The notes under the pieces: model-generated
Databases searched by the model: none
What the model was told of the DNA's origin: nothing
Seen by the model: only the letters and a program-made list of their open reading frames with translations
Shown here: positions 1-12,922 of the stretch, in pieces
Layout: every line of letters begins with the position of its first letter
Position numbering within the stretch: position 1 is the stretch's first letter
Assembly: GCA_002104905.1 (NCBI GenBank)
Contig: MCFE01000487.1
Coordinates: 3,644 to 67,643, forward strand
DNA length: 64,000 nt
Origin: Basidiobolus meristosporus CBS 931.73
Lineage: Eukaryota; Fungi; Basidiobolomycota
Direction: 5' to 3'
Made by a program: the position numbers and the translations under genes

Positions 1-3000
1 ACCATCCTGAATAGCCTGACAGACAAGCTTCAGGGCCTTGTATCAGCCCTAGAGTCCAGAACTGAAGATTTGACCTTAAATTACGTATATGGAAGGCTCC
101 TGGATGAAGAATTAAGAAAATCAAGCGCCAATAAGAAGGAAGAAGAAAATGCTTTAATAAGCAATGATAACCAACAAAGGAGGTACCCAAGACTCTACAA
201 AGGCAACAGCAACCTATTTTGCAACTACTGCAAAAGGAAAGGACACACATCAGACCGGTGTTTCAAAAAGAGAGATTATCAGCAAAAGAAGCCTGAATAT
301 GGAAATGCTGCAACAACTGAAGATAGGCTATTCATATCTGCACTAAATATGACCACAAACAAGGATTCTCAGACGTGGTATATTGACTCTGGAGCCTCTC
401 AACACTTTACACACCAAAAAGAACTTTTTACCCAATATCAAGAAATTCCAATTAAGAAGGTTTTCATGGGTGACGATAGAACACTTGATGCAGTGAGAGA
501 AGGAACTATCCAAGTAAGCCTAAGAAACAGTGAAGGAAGCCATACACTGACCTTTAAAGAAGTACTCTATGTACCAGAAATAGCCAAGAACCTACTCTCT
601 GTAAGCAAGGCCACAGCAGAAGGACTCAGTTTCAGTTTTGACAATTCTGGATGCAGGATCACTGATCAAAATGGTGCTCATATTGCTTCAGGCATCAGAG
701 ATCAGAATCTATACAAGTTGACTTATATTCCATCATATCTGGGAGCCAATAAAAGTAACTTAAATGAAGAAACACCAATGCTTTGGCACAGGAGATTTGG
801 ACACATCAATTTTGATCATTTGCGTAAAATGATCAAAGATCAGCTAATTTCTGGAGTGAAAATTGATCCCCCAGCTAATTTGGAGCACTGTGAAGCCTGC
901 ATATATGGGAAACAAGCCAGACAACTGTTCACGAGCTCTGGGTTAATCAAAACTAAGAAAAAATTAGATCTAATTCACTCAGATCTGTGTGGACCTATGC
1001 AAAATTTATCCTTAGGCGGGATGAAGTATTTAATCACTATTATTGATTATTATGCAAGATACACATGGGTCTACTTCATGGAGAGAAAGAAAGAAGCTCT
1101 GTCTAAGCTCAGGGAGTTTAAAGCCATGGTGGAGAGAGAAACTGGTGAAAAAATCAAGAAAATACGCTCTGACAATGGTGGAGAATAAACCTCAAAACTC
1201 TTCATCCACTTCTGCAAAATTCATGGGATAAAGCAAGAGACTACTGTACCATACTCCCCACAGCAAAATGGAGTAGCAGAACAAGCTAACAGATCAATAA
1301 TTGATATGGCAAGATCTATGATCCATGATCAAAAATTATCCTATGATTTTTGGGCGGAATCAGTTGCCACTGCTGTATATCTTAAAAATAGGAGTTATAA
1401 CAGAATACTTTGTGATTCTACTCCATTTGAAGCCTGGTATGGATACAGACCAAGTGCAGAACATCTAAGAATATTTGGGTGTATAGCATATGCCAAAAAA
1501 CTGGCCGGAAATCAGTCAAAATTTGAGCCAAAAAGTGTAAAATGCATATTTTTGGGCTACTGCAATGAGAGTAAGGCATACAGACTCTACAATACCGAAG
1601 CAAAGAAGCTGATCAAGTCCAGGGATGTGTTGTTTGATGAAAATTCAAAATTTTTACAAAAAATGACATCAGATGATGACAAAAATTTGATCTCAAGTCC
1701 ACCAATTGTCAGGATTGAATCAGAGCAAAACAATGAAAATTTTTTCACTCCAGAGGACTCTACAACCGTGGTTCAGCCAGAATCAGTGCCCAGGAATATC
1801 CCAGAAGTGATCATTCCAGTATCAAATGCCTGGAGATCCAATCGGACAAGAAATAGCCCAAATTACTATATCAATGAGGGTACAAACTTAGCCTATGCCT
1901 ATTCAGTCCATATTGATGAACCCCAGACTGTAAAAGAGGCCCTAAATAGCCCTCAGACAAAGTTTTGGAGATCTACAATGACTGAGGAATATCAGGCCCT
2001 GATGGAAAATCAAACTTGGGACTTAGTCAAATTACCAATCAACCAAAAATCAATTGGATGCAGACGGGTCTTCAAGACAAAATACTAGGCTGATGGCACA
2101 ATTGAAAGATACAAAGCAAGACTTGTAGCCAAAGGATACTCTCAAACAAAAGGACTTGACTATACTGAGACCTTTGCACCGGTAGCCAAGTTTAATTCCA
2201 TCAGATTAATATTGGCCATTGCAGCCAAATATAAGTTTTTTATTCATCAAATGGATGTAAAAACTGCATTTTTGAATGGAGAACTTGATGAGGACGTGTA
2301 TATGAACCAGCCTGATGGGTTTGTTGACCAAGACAACCCCCATTTGGTCTGCAAGCTTAAAAAGTCACTATATGGTCTCAAACAATCACCAAGAGCCTGG
2401 AATTGCAAGATAGATTCTTATTTGGAATCCTTGAGTTTCAAAAGGAGTAATGCTGACTATAGTATATATTATAAGCCAAATAGAGCAAATCCAGTTCTAT
2501 TAGCTCTATATGCGGATGATCTTATTATAGCCACTAATAACCTAGAAACATTGGAAGAGACTAAATCCAGCCTATCTAAGGAGTTCAAGATGTCCAATCT
2601 AGGAGAACTTAGTTACTACTTAGGGATTAAGTTCTCCATAGACAGAAGTACCCAGACTATTACCCTAAGCCAATCCAAGTATATTCAAGATATACTAAAG
2701 AAGTACAAAATGGAAGACTGTAAACTGGCAGCTACCCCAATGGAGACAAACCTTAACTTGGTCAAAACTCAACCAAATCAAGAGAGCTTGGTGCCATCTG
2801 AAAGCCCTGACTTTCCTTATCAGTCTATGGTCGGCAGTCTGATGTATATCATGCTTGGAACACGTCCAGATATCTCATATTCAGTGGGAGTTGTCAGCCA
2901 ACATAATCAGAACTATGGATCTGATCATATTGCAGCAGTTAAGCAAATTTTTAGATACCTAAAAGGAACTGCTGATATCTGCTTAAGATACACTTATAAG

Positions 3001-3849
3001 GATTCAGAACAGGATCTTGTGGGATACTCTGATGCTGATTGGGGACAAAATTTGGAAGACAGAAGATCCACCACAGGATATACCTTTCTTTACTGTAAAG
3101 GAGCAATTTCATGGAATTCAAGAAAGCAGCCAATTGTTGCACTTTCTACTACAGAGGCAGAGTATATGGCAGCCTGTGAAGCTACAAAAGAAGCAATGTG
3201 GTTAAGAAAACTCTTTACAGATTTAGGCCTATGTCAAAAAACGCCTATTACTTTATTTCAAGATAATCAAGGATGTATGCAATTAGGTAGAAATCCACCT
3301 TTTCATGCTAGAACCAAGCACATAGATATTAGACATCATTTCATATGTGAAGCTATAGAGAATAAGTTAGTTAGCTTAGTTTACTGTCCTACAGATGAAA
3401 TGATTGCAGACATATTTACCAAACCATTAGCTAGAGACAAGTTTGAATATCTTAGGTCAAAATTAGGACTAGTCAGTATGAACATTTAGCTGAGTGGGAG
3501 TGTTATAAAAATTCGTAATTCCACCTAAATATTCACCTAACTTAGTCACTTAGATCATCACCTTCAAATCCTAGAGAATACTGACCAAATTCCGTGTCGG
3601 GATTTACTTAGAATATTTTCACCAAAATACCAGGTACCCAGAACATGAAAATTCTCAAAGTTGTCCAAACAGCCCCAAACTTTGCACACATGTTCTTGGG
3701 ACCTTCCTTAATCTATTCTATGTGTTTGTAATGCCAAGACCATGTAAAAACATAAATACTACTTTTACATTCATTAAATCATTAAGTGAAAACCACATAA
3801 TCTACTTGTTCTCCAAATCACTTCCAATATCTCCAAGACTCTTACAACA
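1..3849 (+). mobile_element. Ty1/copia LTR retrotransposon (family A), near-intact; 5' end lies outside the window
   Basis: One reading frame from base 1 to 3489 broken by two stops (1186-1188, 2086-2088). Order: gag zinc knuckle CNYCKRKGHTSDRC, protease WYIDSGASQH, GAG-pre-integrase LWHRRFGH, integrase IHSDLCGP..RSDNGGE, RT HQMDVKTAFLNG/LYADD, RNaseH GYSDADWG. Followed by purine tract TGAGTGGGAG and a TG..CA LTR. PR-IN-RT-RH order is diagnostic of copia. Confidence 0.97.
3501..3849 (+). repeat. Family A LTR (349 bp), 3' LTR of the first element
   Basis: TGTTATAAAA...CTTACAACA directly after the PPT (3491-3500); the same sequence recurs many times in the window. Confidence 0.95.
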
Positions 3850-3891
3850 TAAATTAGGACTAGTTAGTATGAACATTTAGCTGAGTGGGAG

Positions 3892-4237
3892 TGTTGTAAA
3901 AATTATAAATCCACCTCAATATTCACCCAACTTAGTCACTTATACTATTACCTTCAAATCATAGGGAATACTGACTAAAATCCTTGTTGGGATTTACTTA
4001 AAATATTGTCACCAAAATACCAGGTACCTAGAACATAAAAATTCTTGAAGTTGTCCAAACAGCCCCAAACTATGCACATATTTTCTTGGGAGCTTCTGTC
4101 GCCTATTTTATGTGTTTGTAACCTCAGGACAACATAAAAGTCTTAATACTAGTTTACATTCAATAATTCATTAGGTGAAAGCCACTTAATCTACTTGTCC
4201 TCCCAATAACTTCCTATATCTCCAAGACTCTTACAAC
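3892..4237 (+). repeat. Family A LTR of an older copy, preceded by pol 3' end and PPT
   Basis: 3850-3891 repeats the pol end plus TGAGTGGGAG, followed by a diverged LTR. Confidence 0.9.
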
Positions 4238-6037
4238 TGATAGAGCACTTGATGCAGTGGGAGAAGGAACTATCCCAGTAAACCTTAGAAGCAGTGAAGG
4301 AAGCCATACACTGACCTTTAAAGAAGTACACTATGTACCTGAAATAGCCAAGAACCTACTATCTGTAAGTAAGGCCACAGCAGAAGGACTCAGCTTCAGC
4401 TTTGACAATTCTGGATGCAGGATCACTGATCAATATGGTGCTCATATTGCTTTGGGTATGAGAGAGCAGAATCTGTGTAAGTGACTTATATTCCATCATA
4501 TCTGGGGGCCAATATAAGTAACTTGAATGAAGAAACTGTTGTAAAAATTCGTATTTTCCACCTAAATATTCACCTAACTTAGTCACTTAGATCATTACCT
4601 TCAAATCCTAGAGAATACTGACCAAATTCCTTGTCGGGATTTACTTAGAATATTTTCACCAAAATACCAGGTACCCAGAACATGAAAATTCTCAAAGTTG
4701 TCCAAACAGCCCCAAACTTTGCACACATGTTCTTGGGACCTTCCTTAGCCTATTCTACGTGTTTGTAATGCCAAGACCATGTAAAAGTATAAATACTACT
4801 TTTACATTCAATAAATCATTAAGTGAAAACCACATAATCTACTTGTTCTCCAAATCACTTCCAATATCTCCAAGACTCTTACAACAGAAACACCATTGCT
4901 TTGACACAGGAGATTTGGACACATCAATTTTGATTATTTGCACAAAATGATCAAAGATTAGCTAATTTCTGGAGTAAAAATTGATCCCCCAGCTAGTTTG
5001 GAGCACTGTGAGCCTGCAAAGATGGGAAAGGAGCCAGACAGCTGTATATGTGGATGATCTTATTATAGCCGCTAATAACCTAGAAACATTGGAACAGACT
5101 AAATCCAGCCAATCTGAAGAGTTCAAGATGTCCAATCTAGGAGAACTAAGTTACTACTTGGGGATAAAGTTCTCCATAGACAGAAGTGCCCAGACTATCA
5201 CCCTAAGCCAATACAAGTATATTCAAGACATACTAAGGAAGTAACAATTGGAAGACTGTGAACAGGCAGCTACCCCAATGGCAATAAGCCTCAACTTGGT
5301 CAAACACCTCCAAATCAAGAGCACTTGGTGCCATCTGAAAGCCCTGACTTTCCTTATCAATATATAATCAGCAGTCTGGTGTCTATCATGCTTAGAATAT
5401 GTTCAGATATCTCATATTCAGTGGGAGCTGTCAGCCAGCATGATCAGAACTATGGATCTGATCACATTGGAGCAGTTGAGCAGATTTTTAGATATCCAAA
5501 GGAAACTGCTGATATCTGCTTAAGATACACCTATAAGGATTCAAAACAACATCTTGTGGGATACTCAGATGTCAATTGGCAATAAAATTGAGAGGACAGA
5601 AGATTAACCACAGAATACACCTTTCTTTACTGTTAAGGAGTAATTTCATGGAACTCAAGAAAGCAACCCACTGTAGCACTTTCCACCACAGAGGCAGAGT
5701 ATATGGCAGCCTGTGAAGCTACAAAAGAAACAATGTAGCTAAGAAAGCTTTTTACTGATCTAGGCCTATGTCAAAAAATGCAGATTACTTTATTTCAAGA
5801 TAGTCAGGGATGTATAAAACTAAGTAGAAATCCAACCTCTCATACTGAAACTAAGCACATAGTTGTTAAACATTATTTCATGTGTGAAGCTATAGAGAAC
5901 AGCTTAGTTAGCTTAGCTTACTGTCCTTCTGATGAAATGATTGCAGACCCAGTTATCAAACAATTAGCTAAAGAAAAGTTTGAATATCTTAGGTCAAAAT
6001 TACAACTAGTAAATATGAGCATTTAGTTGAGCGGGAG
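4238..6037 (+). pseudogene. Degenerate, internally deleted copia pol (protease/GAG-pre-integrase fragment, then RT-RNaseH)
   Basis: Sequence similar to 470-920 and 2505-3500 of the first element, with stops and frameshifts (YVDD, GYSD motifs); interrupted by a solo LTR. Confidence 0.92.
4537..4886 (+). mobile_element. Family A solo LTR with 5-bp TSD, inserted into its own family's pol
   Basis: GAAAC at 4532-4536 and at 4887-4891; removing the LTR restores the pol sequence ...GAAGAAACACCA... Confidence 0.95.
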
Positions 6038-6385
6038 TGTTGTAAAATTTGAAATTCCACCTCAATATTCACCTGACTTATTCACTTGGATCATTGCCTT
6101 CAGATCCTAGGGAACACTGAATAAACTTGTTGTTGAGATTTACTTAGAATATTTTCACCAATACAGCAGGTACCCTGACCATGAAAATTCTCCAAGTTGT
6201 CCAAGCAGCCCCAAACTTTGCACACATGTTCTTGGGACCTTCTTTAGCCTATTCTACATGTTTTTAATGCCAGGATTATGTAAAAGTAATGTTACTACTT
6301 TTACACTAAAAAGTCACTAAGTGAGAACCACATAATCTACTTGTCCTCCCAAGTCACTTCCAATATCTCCAAAACTCTTAAAATA
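6038..6385 (+). repeat. Family A LTR (diverged 3' LTR)
   Basis: Follows PPT TGAGCGGGAG; matches the other family A LTRs. Confidence 0.9.
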
Positions 6386-6651
6386 ATTATAGCATCTATG
6401 GTCAGATGCACAGAATATACCACAGTCTTCAGCATGATATCCAGCTTTTCCAGGCACAATGGTTAGTATTGCTGTCAAATGTGTTAAATCCTGGAGATTT
6501 ACTCCATAACTCACACATATTGTTATTATCCAAGCACCAGCACCAAGAACATCCTCTTTCCATGATGAGAATGGAAAGTGCTTGACACATAATTGCAGCA
6601 GAGCTGGCAAGCTATAAGACATTGGCCAAAATACAGAATTAATCAAAAACA

Positions 6652-6761
6652 AGCAATGCTTAAGAAAGAGGGAATCTGTTGGAGCAAAAGCTTTCCACTA
6701 GGAGCAATGCTTAAGAAAGAGGGAATCTGTTGGAGCAAAAGCTTTCCACTAGGAGCAATGC
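6652..6761. repeat. 51-bp perfect tandem duplication
   Basis: AGCAATGCTTAAGAAAGAGGGAATCTGTTGGAGCAAAAGCTTTCCACTAGG twice, plus a partial third start. Confidence 0.95.
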
Positions 6762-7020
6762 ACCTGCTCTTCAACAAAATCCCTATACTAATGGCCAAGT
6801 TGCTCATGGGGCATTTCTAGCTAAATGAGCCCTGTGAGATACCAGAGAAGCTTGAAAGAATTGGCAAGATATTTCAGAGTATCTGCTACCCAAAGTACTT
6901 CTCATAAGCTCCATTCAATATTCATATCCATATGTGACAATACAAATGTAAGGACTGGATGAACTGGATATGTATTTATTCAAGTAGCCTTCTGAAGCAA
7001 TTATGCTTTATAAAAAAAGC
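6758..7020 (+). mobile_element. Decayed CACTA/En-Spm-like transposase fragment
   Basis: Single-frame translation MHLLFNKIPILMAKLLMGHF*..ERIGKIFQSICYPKYFS*APFNIH..QYKCKDWMNWICIYSSSLLK resembles the MH-L / P..F.R.PR.I / K..EW..W...YS.PLL blocks of CACTA-type transposases; several stops. Confidence 0.6.
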
Positions 7021-9044
7021 AATTTCTGATGTTAGTATTGCTCAATATAAAGATGCTACCAAGGGACTAACTTTGTAGGTTGTGCACTGCAGGTTGGGCT
7101 TTGAATCAAGTTTGCATATCTAATAGAGTTCAGGGATCCAGAAGGAATCTTCACACAAAATGCAAGAGGAAAGTTGCTCACCTATGTATAAGATTTGGAA
7201 TGAAATACTGGAGATCGCAGGCAATCAATACTTCAAGCTCATCATCAGGCTCAACCAATAGGTTAGACAACACTTACTCTGCCTCCAGATATACAGATTC
7301 CCTTGGATATTACCATCGGCCCATTGGCCATGCTCAGACCAATGGGTGGTGAGAGTAGTGGGGTCATGGCCAACCAGGATCGATGTAACATCCATATAGG
7401 AATTGGCTCAGGTCGGAGGTCGCAAAAAACAGATTGCTTGATCCGTTGTGGGATTTGGTCGGATTAGTAACGAGTTTGAGTCAGCCAGTTGGCCTGCCCC
7501 AATTCTCCAAGCCCAAACATGCCTTACCATATATGCATCGACACAAGGAAAGCACCGTGTCTTCAATCCTGGTAAGGCTCTGCACACAAACGCACTTGAT
7601 CTACATCTGACATATAGCACCTCACTACTGCAAGGTACCAACCGAATACGATCGCAATAAGTTGATCTATAGTATGTACTATTCACATCGTTGAGCATCT
7701 ACGGAAATTACTAAACGAGATCATGCAGAGTCTCTGGGCGAACGCAGAACCATCCCGACCCCTGGCTAGCTTCGAATCCCCTCACGCTGCCCACACCACA
7801 ATGAGTAGGATTTTTATAGGAATCTGCGCCTGTATCCCGGCCAAGGTTCAAGGTTGGGTGGATTTAGCTATATATGGGGATGCTTTGGAGGCACGGCAGG
7901 TTTGCAGCCCCGCCAGCAACACATTTGTTGAAAGCCCTAGTGAGAATGGAACCAGCACTATTGCTATCTTCATCCATTTCTCAGCCGGAGTATGCTGCAG
8001 TACACGGTGGTGTTTGCGTATCTAGGTGGCGGCTACACATCCATGTAATCCTCAGCTGTATCCAGCTGCAACCATAATATCCACCCATCCATCCTATTGG
8101 AGCAGATGGTTTTGTGCGTTTACGTGCTCCCCTTCATCCTCCAGCGGCTGAAACAGCACCAACACCATTTCATGGGTGACACGGCCAAGAGCAGAATGAC
8201 CATGTGGAACCTGAGACGGAATTCCCCATCACAATGACGCCTGGGTGACGAGCCTTCGATGGGCGATTGACGGAGACATGCATGATCATAATTTGGAAGT
8301 CCAACCCTAAAGCCTAGTTCCACCGGCCGCATCATGGCCTATGATTGGCGGCACTAAGTTGGATGAGACGCATTAGCACGGGTGTATATTGCTGGACCTC
8401 CTCTGCCATCTGACTGAGGAGAGTGGGGTGGGGTGGGGCGGAGCTGCTACTGTGCAATTCGGGAAACGCCTCAAACCAGGTAGCTGTGTAGGTGTGAATG
8501 GGTATGCGAGCAGTGATGAGGGGCCAGATAATCTGGTAGATCAGGGCGATCCCTGGAAGCAGCTCGATCCAAGTCTGTTCATGTTAACTGAGTTGTACCA
8601 CCATGCGGTTGGAGTGGCAGCCGTATTCCTTGGTAATGCTGGCTGATGGCAAGCTCGAAGGCTATAGCGCAGTCATGAGCACTGCACAGGACTTCATATC
8701 ACTCGATGGATGGATAAACCTTGTGAATATTCCTCATGGTACACGATCTCGGCCAATGAGGTGCCTCCGTTCTGGGACCTATCCCATTAACAAGATGCGG
8801 ATGGAGTGGATGGCCTAGGAAACATCAGAGCCCATGAGATCCTGACCAGCTCCCCAGCATTTCCTCATTATCTGACGCAAGCTCCTCCCTTGAGAAATTG
8901 AATATAACAGCTGGATGAAATAAGAAATCCGCTTACCACATCGATCATAAAGGCATCTGGTGTTCCTGATTCGAATCCTACCTTCTCTTCGCCGACTCAC
9001 TTGCGTCAAGAACTTACCCCGCTTTATCCGAAGTTAAGTTAGCA

Positions 9045-9191
9045 ATGACCAAAGCAGTGATAGCCAAGCCGGCTCAAAAGCTGGTGCGCTTCAGTCGCTT
9101 CGAGAAGGTTTACATTACTCACTCCCCCAGTGAATACGATCGCACTTCGTTCAGGCCGTCAGAGAATCGATCGTTGTGTTATCTAAGTTAG
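9045..9191 (+). CDS. Putative 48-aa microprotein with a PP1-docking (RVxF plus THSxxEYDR) motif
   Basis: MTKAVIAKPAQKLVRFSRFEKVYITHSPSEYDRTSFRPSENRSLCYLS*; below the ORF-track cutoff. KLVRF fits RVxF; VYITHSPSEYDR resembles the neurabin/spinophilin and Bni4 segment. Confidence 0.6.
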   Translation: MTKAVIAKPAQKLVRFSRFEKVYITHSPSEYDRTSFRPSENRSLCYLS

Positions 9192-10179
9192 GTAACGAAT
9201 CATGTTCTCAAAGGTAATAAACGCTCCCTTTTCCTAGTCTGACAATGCTTAAGCAATACACCACCCACTAAACTTCAGGACGCTTGCTCTCCTTTCCGCG
9301 TTGCGCTATCCGTACGTCTGCCCATCAGAGGGCATTTAGTGGCCTGCTCCTAGGCGACGCGAGACCATCGTAAAGGGTCTTGATCTCCACTGAAAGCAAT
9401 CATATGGAGCCTAGCCCCAATAAAGGCGCAATCCTGCACACCACATACATCCTACTACCTCCACCACCATCCTCATCCAGCCTGCCTGGCTTCCAACCTC
9501 TCCATTACATATGGCTTGTCGAATAAATGCGGGTTATCGGTTTCTTGGGCGTCCACTGCTTCCACACACTTCTGGGAAGGGATTATTCCTCCGAAACAAT
9601 CTGCGCTGGGGTTCATGCGGAATCGGCCCGATGTGTCTGTCCCGGAAACTTATATTGCGTAGAGCATAGACTTGAATCGGCAGTTGGTTGCATTGTTGAT
9701 CATCTACGTATCAACCTGATGCGGCGGTGTGCTTAGATACTATGACGGCATTGGAACCCCACCAAGAAATACGCCTGGCTTTCTGGGGTCATATTGAGCA
9801 ACCTGGCTCGCTCGGGTGGGAAGCCATCACATCGCAATTGCTGGCATTTGCAGGCACGCAACCTGTATAGGCCCGGCGTCTTCGGGCCACAAGGGAGTCG
9901 GATTCTTTGGTATTTATTTTAAATCAGGGGGTGTTTCAAAGGGGTGGGTATGAGGCTATCCAATAGTAGCATAATTTCCTATCAGCAGGTTGCTGGATAT
10001 AGCCAATAAGCAGCTGTGAGTCATATTTAAAGACTCGAAACCTGGCTCGCCGAGCGAGGATTGATATGGCTATAAACGTATATGCCCTTCTATATGGGTC
10101 AAGGATGGCTGCTTCAGAGCCCGGATACAATAATCCCTATAAACATGTCGGGCGCTTCCGCAAATGGATCGCACTCCGG

Positions 10180-11175
10180 TCAGCGGCGCGACCGTTTCTC
10201 GTGTGTTTTCAGGTGCTGCCGCAAATTATCCCGTCTTGAAAAGGTCTTCCCACACCCCTGATATGGACACTCAAACGGTTTCTCCAGGGTGTGTGTGCGC
10301 AAATGCCGCTTGAGATGCTCCAGTCGCTTGAATCTCATTTGGCAGTTTGGAAACTGACAATAATGGTATTTCACCGGCGTTGGCGATCTGATTGACCATC
10401 GATGCTGGACATATGGCTTCGCTTGCCTAGAACGTCTTCGAGAACATCTTTGGCACTCAGAGGGTCCAGAATCCTGCCGTGGTGTGCGAGGCGCCTTCAT
10501 ACCACCATTTGATTCATTTGGAAATAAACCTTCCACATTAAAAGTGGCAATTGTGGGGGACGAGTGCGGACTGGCACAATTTTCGCAGCTGGCGCTTGAG
10601 GAGTGTGACATGTGTGGGTGAGTGTTTGCTCCCTCGTCTTCCTCTTCATCCTCCTCTTCGTTATCAAAGAACTGAAATGGGCAGCAATGGTGATTGATGC
10701 AGCTTTCGTCACAATCCTCGTTAAGGAGATGATAAATGTTTGAGGTTTTTCTTTCCTCGCAACATTCATCGTCACATATAGGATAGTTGGTTGGTGTGGG
10801 CATATGGTAGGAGTTTGCATTGTGAGTAGAATTATCGGTCTGGCTATCACCGTAGGTATCCTCGCAAAGGAAACAACTTTGGTGGCTGTTGTGCGTTTCA
10901 GGTTGGAATTGAAACTTGCGTTTGAGAGAGTTGTCGTAGCTATCGGAATTGATATTGTACGATCGGCGTGAATGTATCCCTCCCAAGGAGTTTGAGTGAA
11001 GTGGACCATAGTTTGTAGGCTCGGATAAAGAACACTCGGCCAACAATGTCAACGAGCTACTGGAAGTAGGATGTCGATAACAGTGGTGATGATGATGGTG
11101 ATGATAATGAACATGAGTGGGGGGATTTGTGGGAGGGTGACCTGTAGGGTACTCCTCTATGTTGCTTATATACAT
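10180..11175 (-). CDS. C2H2 zinc-finger transcription factor (two C-terminal fingers)
   Basis: [53 protein letters not shown]; poly-His and acidic low-complexity N-terminal region. Confidence 0.92.
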   Translation of the reverse strand: MYISNIEEYPTGHPPTNPPTHVHYHHHHHHHCYRHPTSSSSLTLLAECSLSEPTNYGPLHSNSLGGIHSRRSYNINSDSYDNSLKRKFQFQPETHNSHQSCFLCEDTYGDSQTDNSTHNANSYHMPTPTNYPICDDECCEERKTSNIYHLLNEDCDESCINHHCCPFQFFDNEEEDEEEDEGANTHPHMSHSSSASCENCASPHSSPTIATFNVEGLFPNESNGGMKAPRTPRQDSGPSECQRCSRRRSRQAKPYVQHRWSIRSPTPVKYHYCQFPNCQMRFKRLEHLKRHLRTHTLEKPFECPYQGCGKTFSRRDNLRQHLKTHEKRSRR

Positions 11176-12922
11176 TTTGAATTGGGAGAGGGGCGTTGGA
11201 ATATATCTATAATGAATTGAGCAGTGAAGGATACCAAGAAATTAGAATGAGAAGAGGGTAGTCGACCCAGAGTTGATTTTCGGCTTCTTATATTCTATAC
11301 GAACACTTGAAAAATCTAGAAATTGGTTGGATGTTGATGAGCAATATGATCCCTCGAATTGGAACCCAAAACCCCTATTCAGCGATCATCCATACGTATA
11401 TATTTATTGTAACGATGGATATAATCCCTGAAAGAAGATTGTATTGATCCCATACCATACCATACATTGGATTTCTACTTGTTATGAAGGAGATTGTGAC
11501 CATAGATTGGCGAATGGAATGACAAGAATGGCATCGAAGCCGGTATTGTCATTGGACACAGTGCAACCCCAGTAGAGAGGACCTTACAGTTGATTCCTCT
11601 CAACCACATGACGTATGAGCTAACGACGACCTTACAGTTGGCGGTTGAGGAAGATACATGTGCAGCTGATAAGCATTTCTAGACCAATGGTAGGTCAAAA
11701 CACTAGGACCAGACTTGATAGGTCACCTTCGCGGTGTCGAAAGAGGTGCTTCCTAAAAGCGCAATTCGACGCACTTGCCCTTTTTACTGTAATTTTGGCC
11801 TTGGGTACTAAAACCCTCCCACTCAATAAATCTACGAACGGGTGGGTATTGCTTTTTTTTCATTCAGCTCTGAGGGGTTTGTTGTCATCCATGCTGTTTC
11901 ACATCTTAATCGGTGCAATCAGATTTATTCACATTGACCTTGGCTTAGGAATAGTACCCTAATGGTTATCCTTCTGTAAAAATATATTGCAAGCCTCTGA
12001 TAAGAAGCTCCACTGATTTGTCACATCACCTGCCAAATATGTCCCACTTAGGGACACGACTGGAATTGGGTATTTTCCATCTGCCTTATCAAAATTGAAT
12101 CTGCATTGTTTGGTTGACAGAATTTTCAAATTGCATCTTTTGAGTCAGTTTCCTGAATGTCTAAAAATACGCTGTCCCGTGTCAATCTGACACTTGTATG
12201 AATCAGACATGATACAACTTGTAGACCTATGTAGAACAGTACGTTGAGGGTTAATAAGCCATATTCAAAGTCAGCCTTTCCCAGGCAAATCGGAAGTATA
12301 TATCGTATAAGTTGCTACGAGCAGTATCCCCCCAAAAGCCTCGAGTGTCTCCAAGCTGAACGTAATCCTAGGCTTCTATTGAAGCCTGGTTTGTTGCTCC
12401 AGGAAAAGGTATGAATTAGGAGTTACCTTCGAGCGATGCCCCTGTAAGAATATTGGTGGTCGATGAGATTTCACAACGTTTATGATGTGATTAATTCCAT
12501 CCAACCTACTTAAGCCAATTAATTTAATGTTACTCAGTGAGTGCACTGTAGATAATCATGATATTCCTGTCCAAGTGTTAAACTGAATATCCCAGATTGT
12601 AGATCAATTGTATTATATACTCTTTTAGGAGATGTTGCATTGATTAAATGCTTTTATTTACCTAATGCATATACTCAATATTTTAATTGAATACAAAGCA
12701 ACGTGACTCTTTGCGTTTTACCAATTTCGGATTCAAAATCGGCTTTTCACTTGTCCATGTTGTTCATATATTACTTCGATATGGAAATACAACTTGTAAT
12801 CTTCAAATAATAACTATCATACCTATCATTATTAAGTCTAAGAGTATCCTAGTAAACCTATACTACAGAATAGTATTTCTCACGTTTTTACGTGTATTCC
12901 TCCTCTTTATTTCCTTACTTTG

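Noticed and set aside
1186-2088. Programmed readthrough at the two copia stops
   Set aside because: They fall inside integrase and RT, and the 57.3-kb copy has GGEY at the first site, so they are ordinary nonsense mutations.
4759-4950. Recurrent small ORFs in LTRs (MFVMPRPCKSINTT..., MGKWIGSPDH...)
   Set aside because: They recur only because the LTRs are repeated; variable stops among copies and no coding signature.
6652-6761. CRISPR-like or regulatory repeat
   Set aside because: Two adjacent copies with no spacers in a eukaryotic TE relic; a simple tandem duplication.
7400-9000. GC-balanced regions with many short ORFs (also 18.8-19.6, 21.0-22.0, 27.3-28.7 and 34.8-35.1 kb)
   Set aside because: Possibly spliced or decayed genes, but no motif or consistent exon chain could be supported without RNA-seq or a homology search.
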